IMG/VR virus record: IMGVR_UViG_3300025083_003778
Span: 1-24,173 of that record
DNA length: 24,173 nt
From: a virus
Lineage: Duplodnaviria; Caudoviricetes
Direction: 5' to 3' (one strand)
In this document: positions 24,107-24,173 of the stretch, piece after piece
How the letters are laid out: every line of letters starts with the position of its first letter
Numbering within the stretch: the first letter of the stretch is position 1
Program-made: the position numbers and the translations under genes
Notes under the pieces: generated by a model
Seen by the model: the letters and a program-made list of their open reading frames with translations, nothing else
Told to the model about the DNA's origin: nothing
Database searches by the model: none

Positions 24107-24173
24107 TTATGTGCAGCATGATATTCTTAAGAGTCCCCCACTATGCCAAATACCTCCACTAACTAATGGATCA
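24107..24173 (-). CDS. 3' end of a gene entering from the right, probably a tail-fibre/virion appendage protein (partial)
   Basis: Reads ...DPLVSGGIWHSGGLLRISCCT*; resembles the DP...G.LW..GG.L.IS C-terminal motif of many phage fibre proteins; only 21 codons visible. Confidence 0.45.
   Translation of the reverse strand, partial: DPLVSGGIWHSGGLLRISCCT

Noticed and set aside
1-24173. Stop-codon reassignment, tRNA genes or a cellular LPS/capsule locus
   Set aside because: TAA, TGA and TAG all end full-length genes under code 11; the short intergenic gaps show no cloverleaf; T4-type genes and late promoters indicate a phage.

Overview
AT-rich, densely coding 24-kb segment of a large T4-like (myovirus/jumbo-type) bacteriophage; no rRNA, tRNA or CRISPR seen. 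From left to right: (1) T4-like head-region genes: DUF6267-like C-terminus, small membrane protein, cytidyltransferase-like protein, acidic protein and retropepsin-like protease, two of them starting with T4 capsid-targeting-like N-termini; (2) a pyrimidine-dimer glycosylase and a Pro/Thr/Ala-repeat plus collagen-like protein; (3) a 7-deazaguanine precursor cluster (queD, queE, folE2) split by an antisense phoH and followed by an HNH nuclease and a P-loop kinase; (4) a ~9-kb run of 12 glycan genes (GT2 x3, GT77-like, GT47/exostosin x2, GT11, GT32, GT34-like, a GT-B fragment, two methyltransferases); (5) DUF366, gp62-like clamp-loader subunit, GroES-like co-chaperonin, SH3/WYL_2-like protein, DinG-like helicase, gp15-like tail terminator, a GT9-like gene and the end of a probable fibre gene. 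Two promoter classes (TTGxxx-N16-TAnnnT and T4-late-like TAAATA) sit only 5-8 nt from start codons, implying leaderless mRNAs. The best candidate novel system is a phage-encoded, eukaryote-like soluble glycosylation machinery, with a mucin/extensin-like protein as possible acceptor, next to a possibly non-canonical deazaguanine pathway (FolE2, DUF366). All family calls come from motif recognition by eye, not from database searches.
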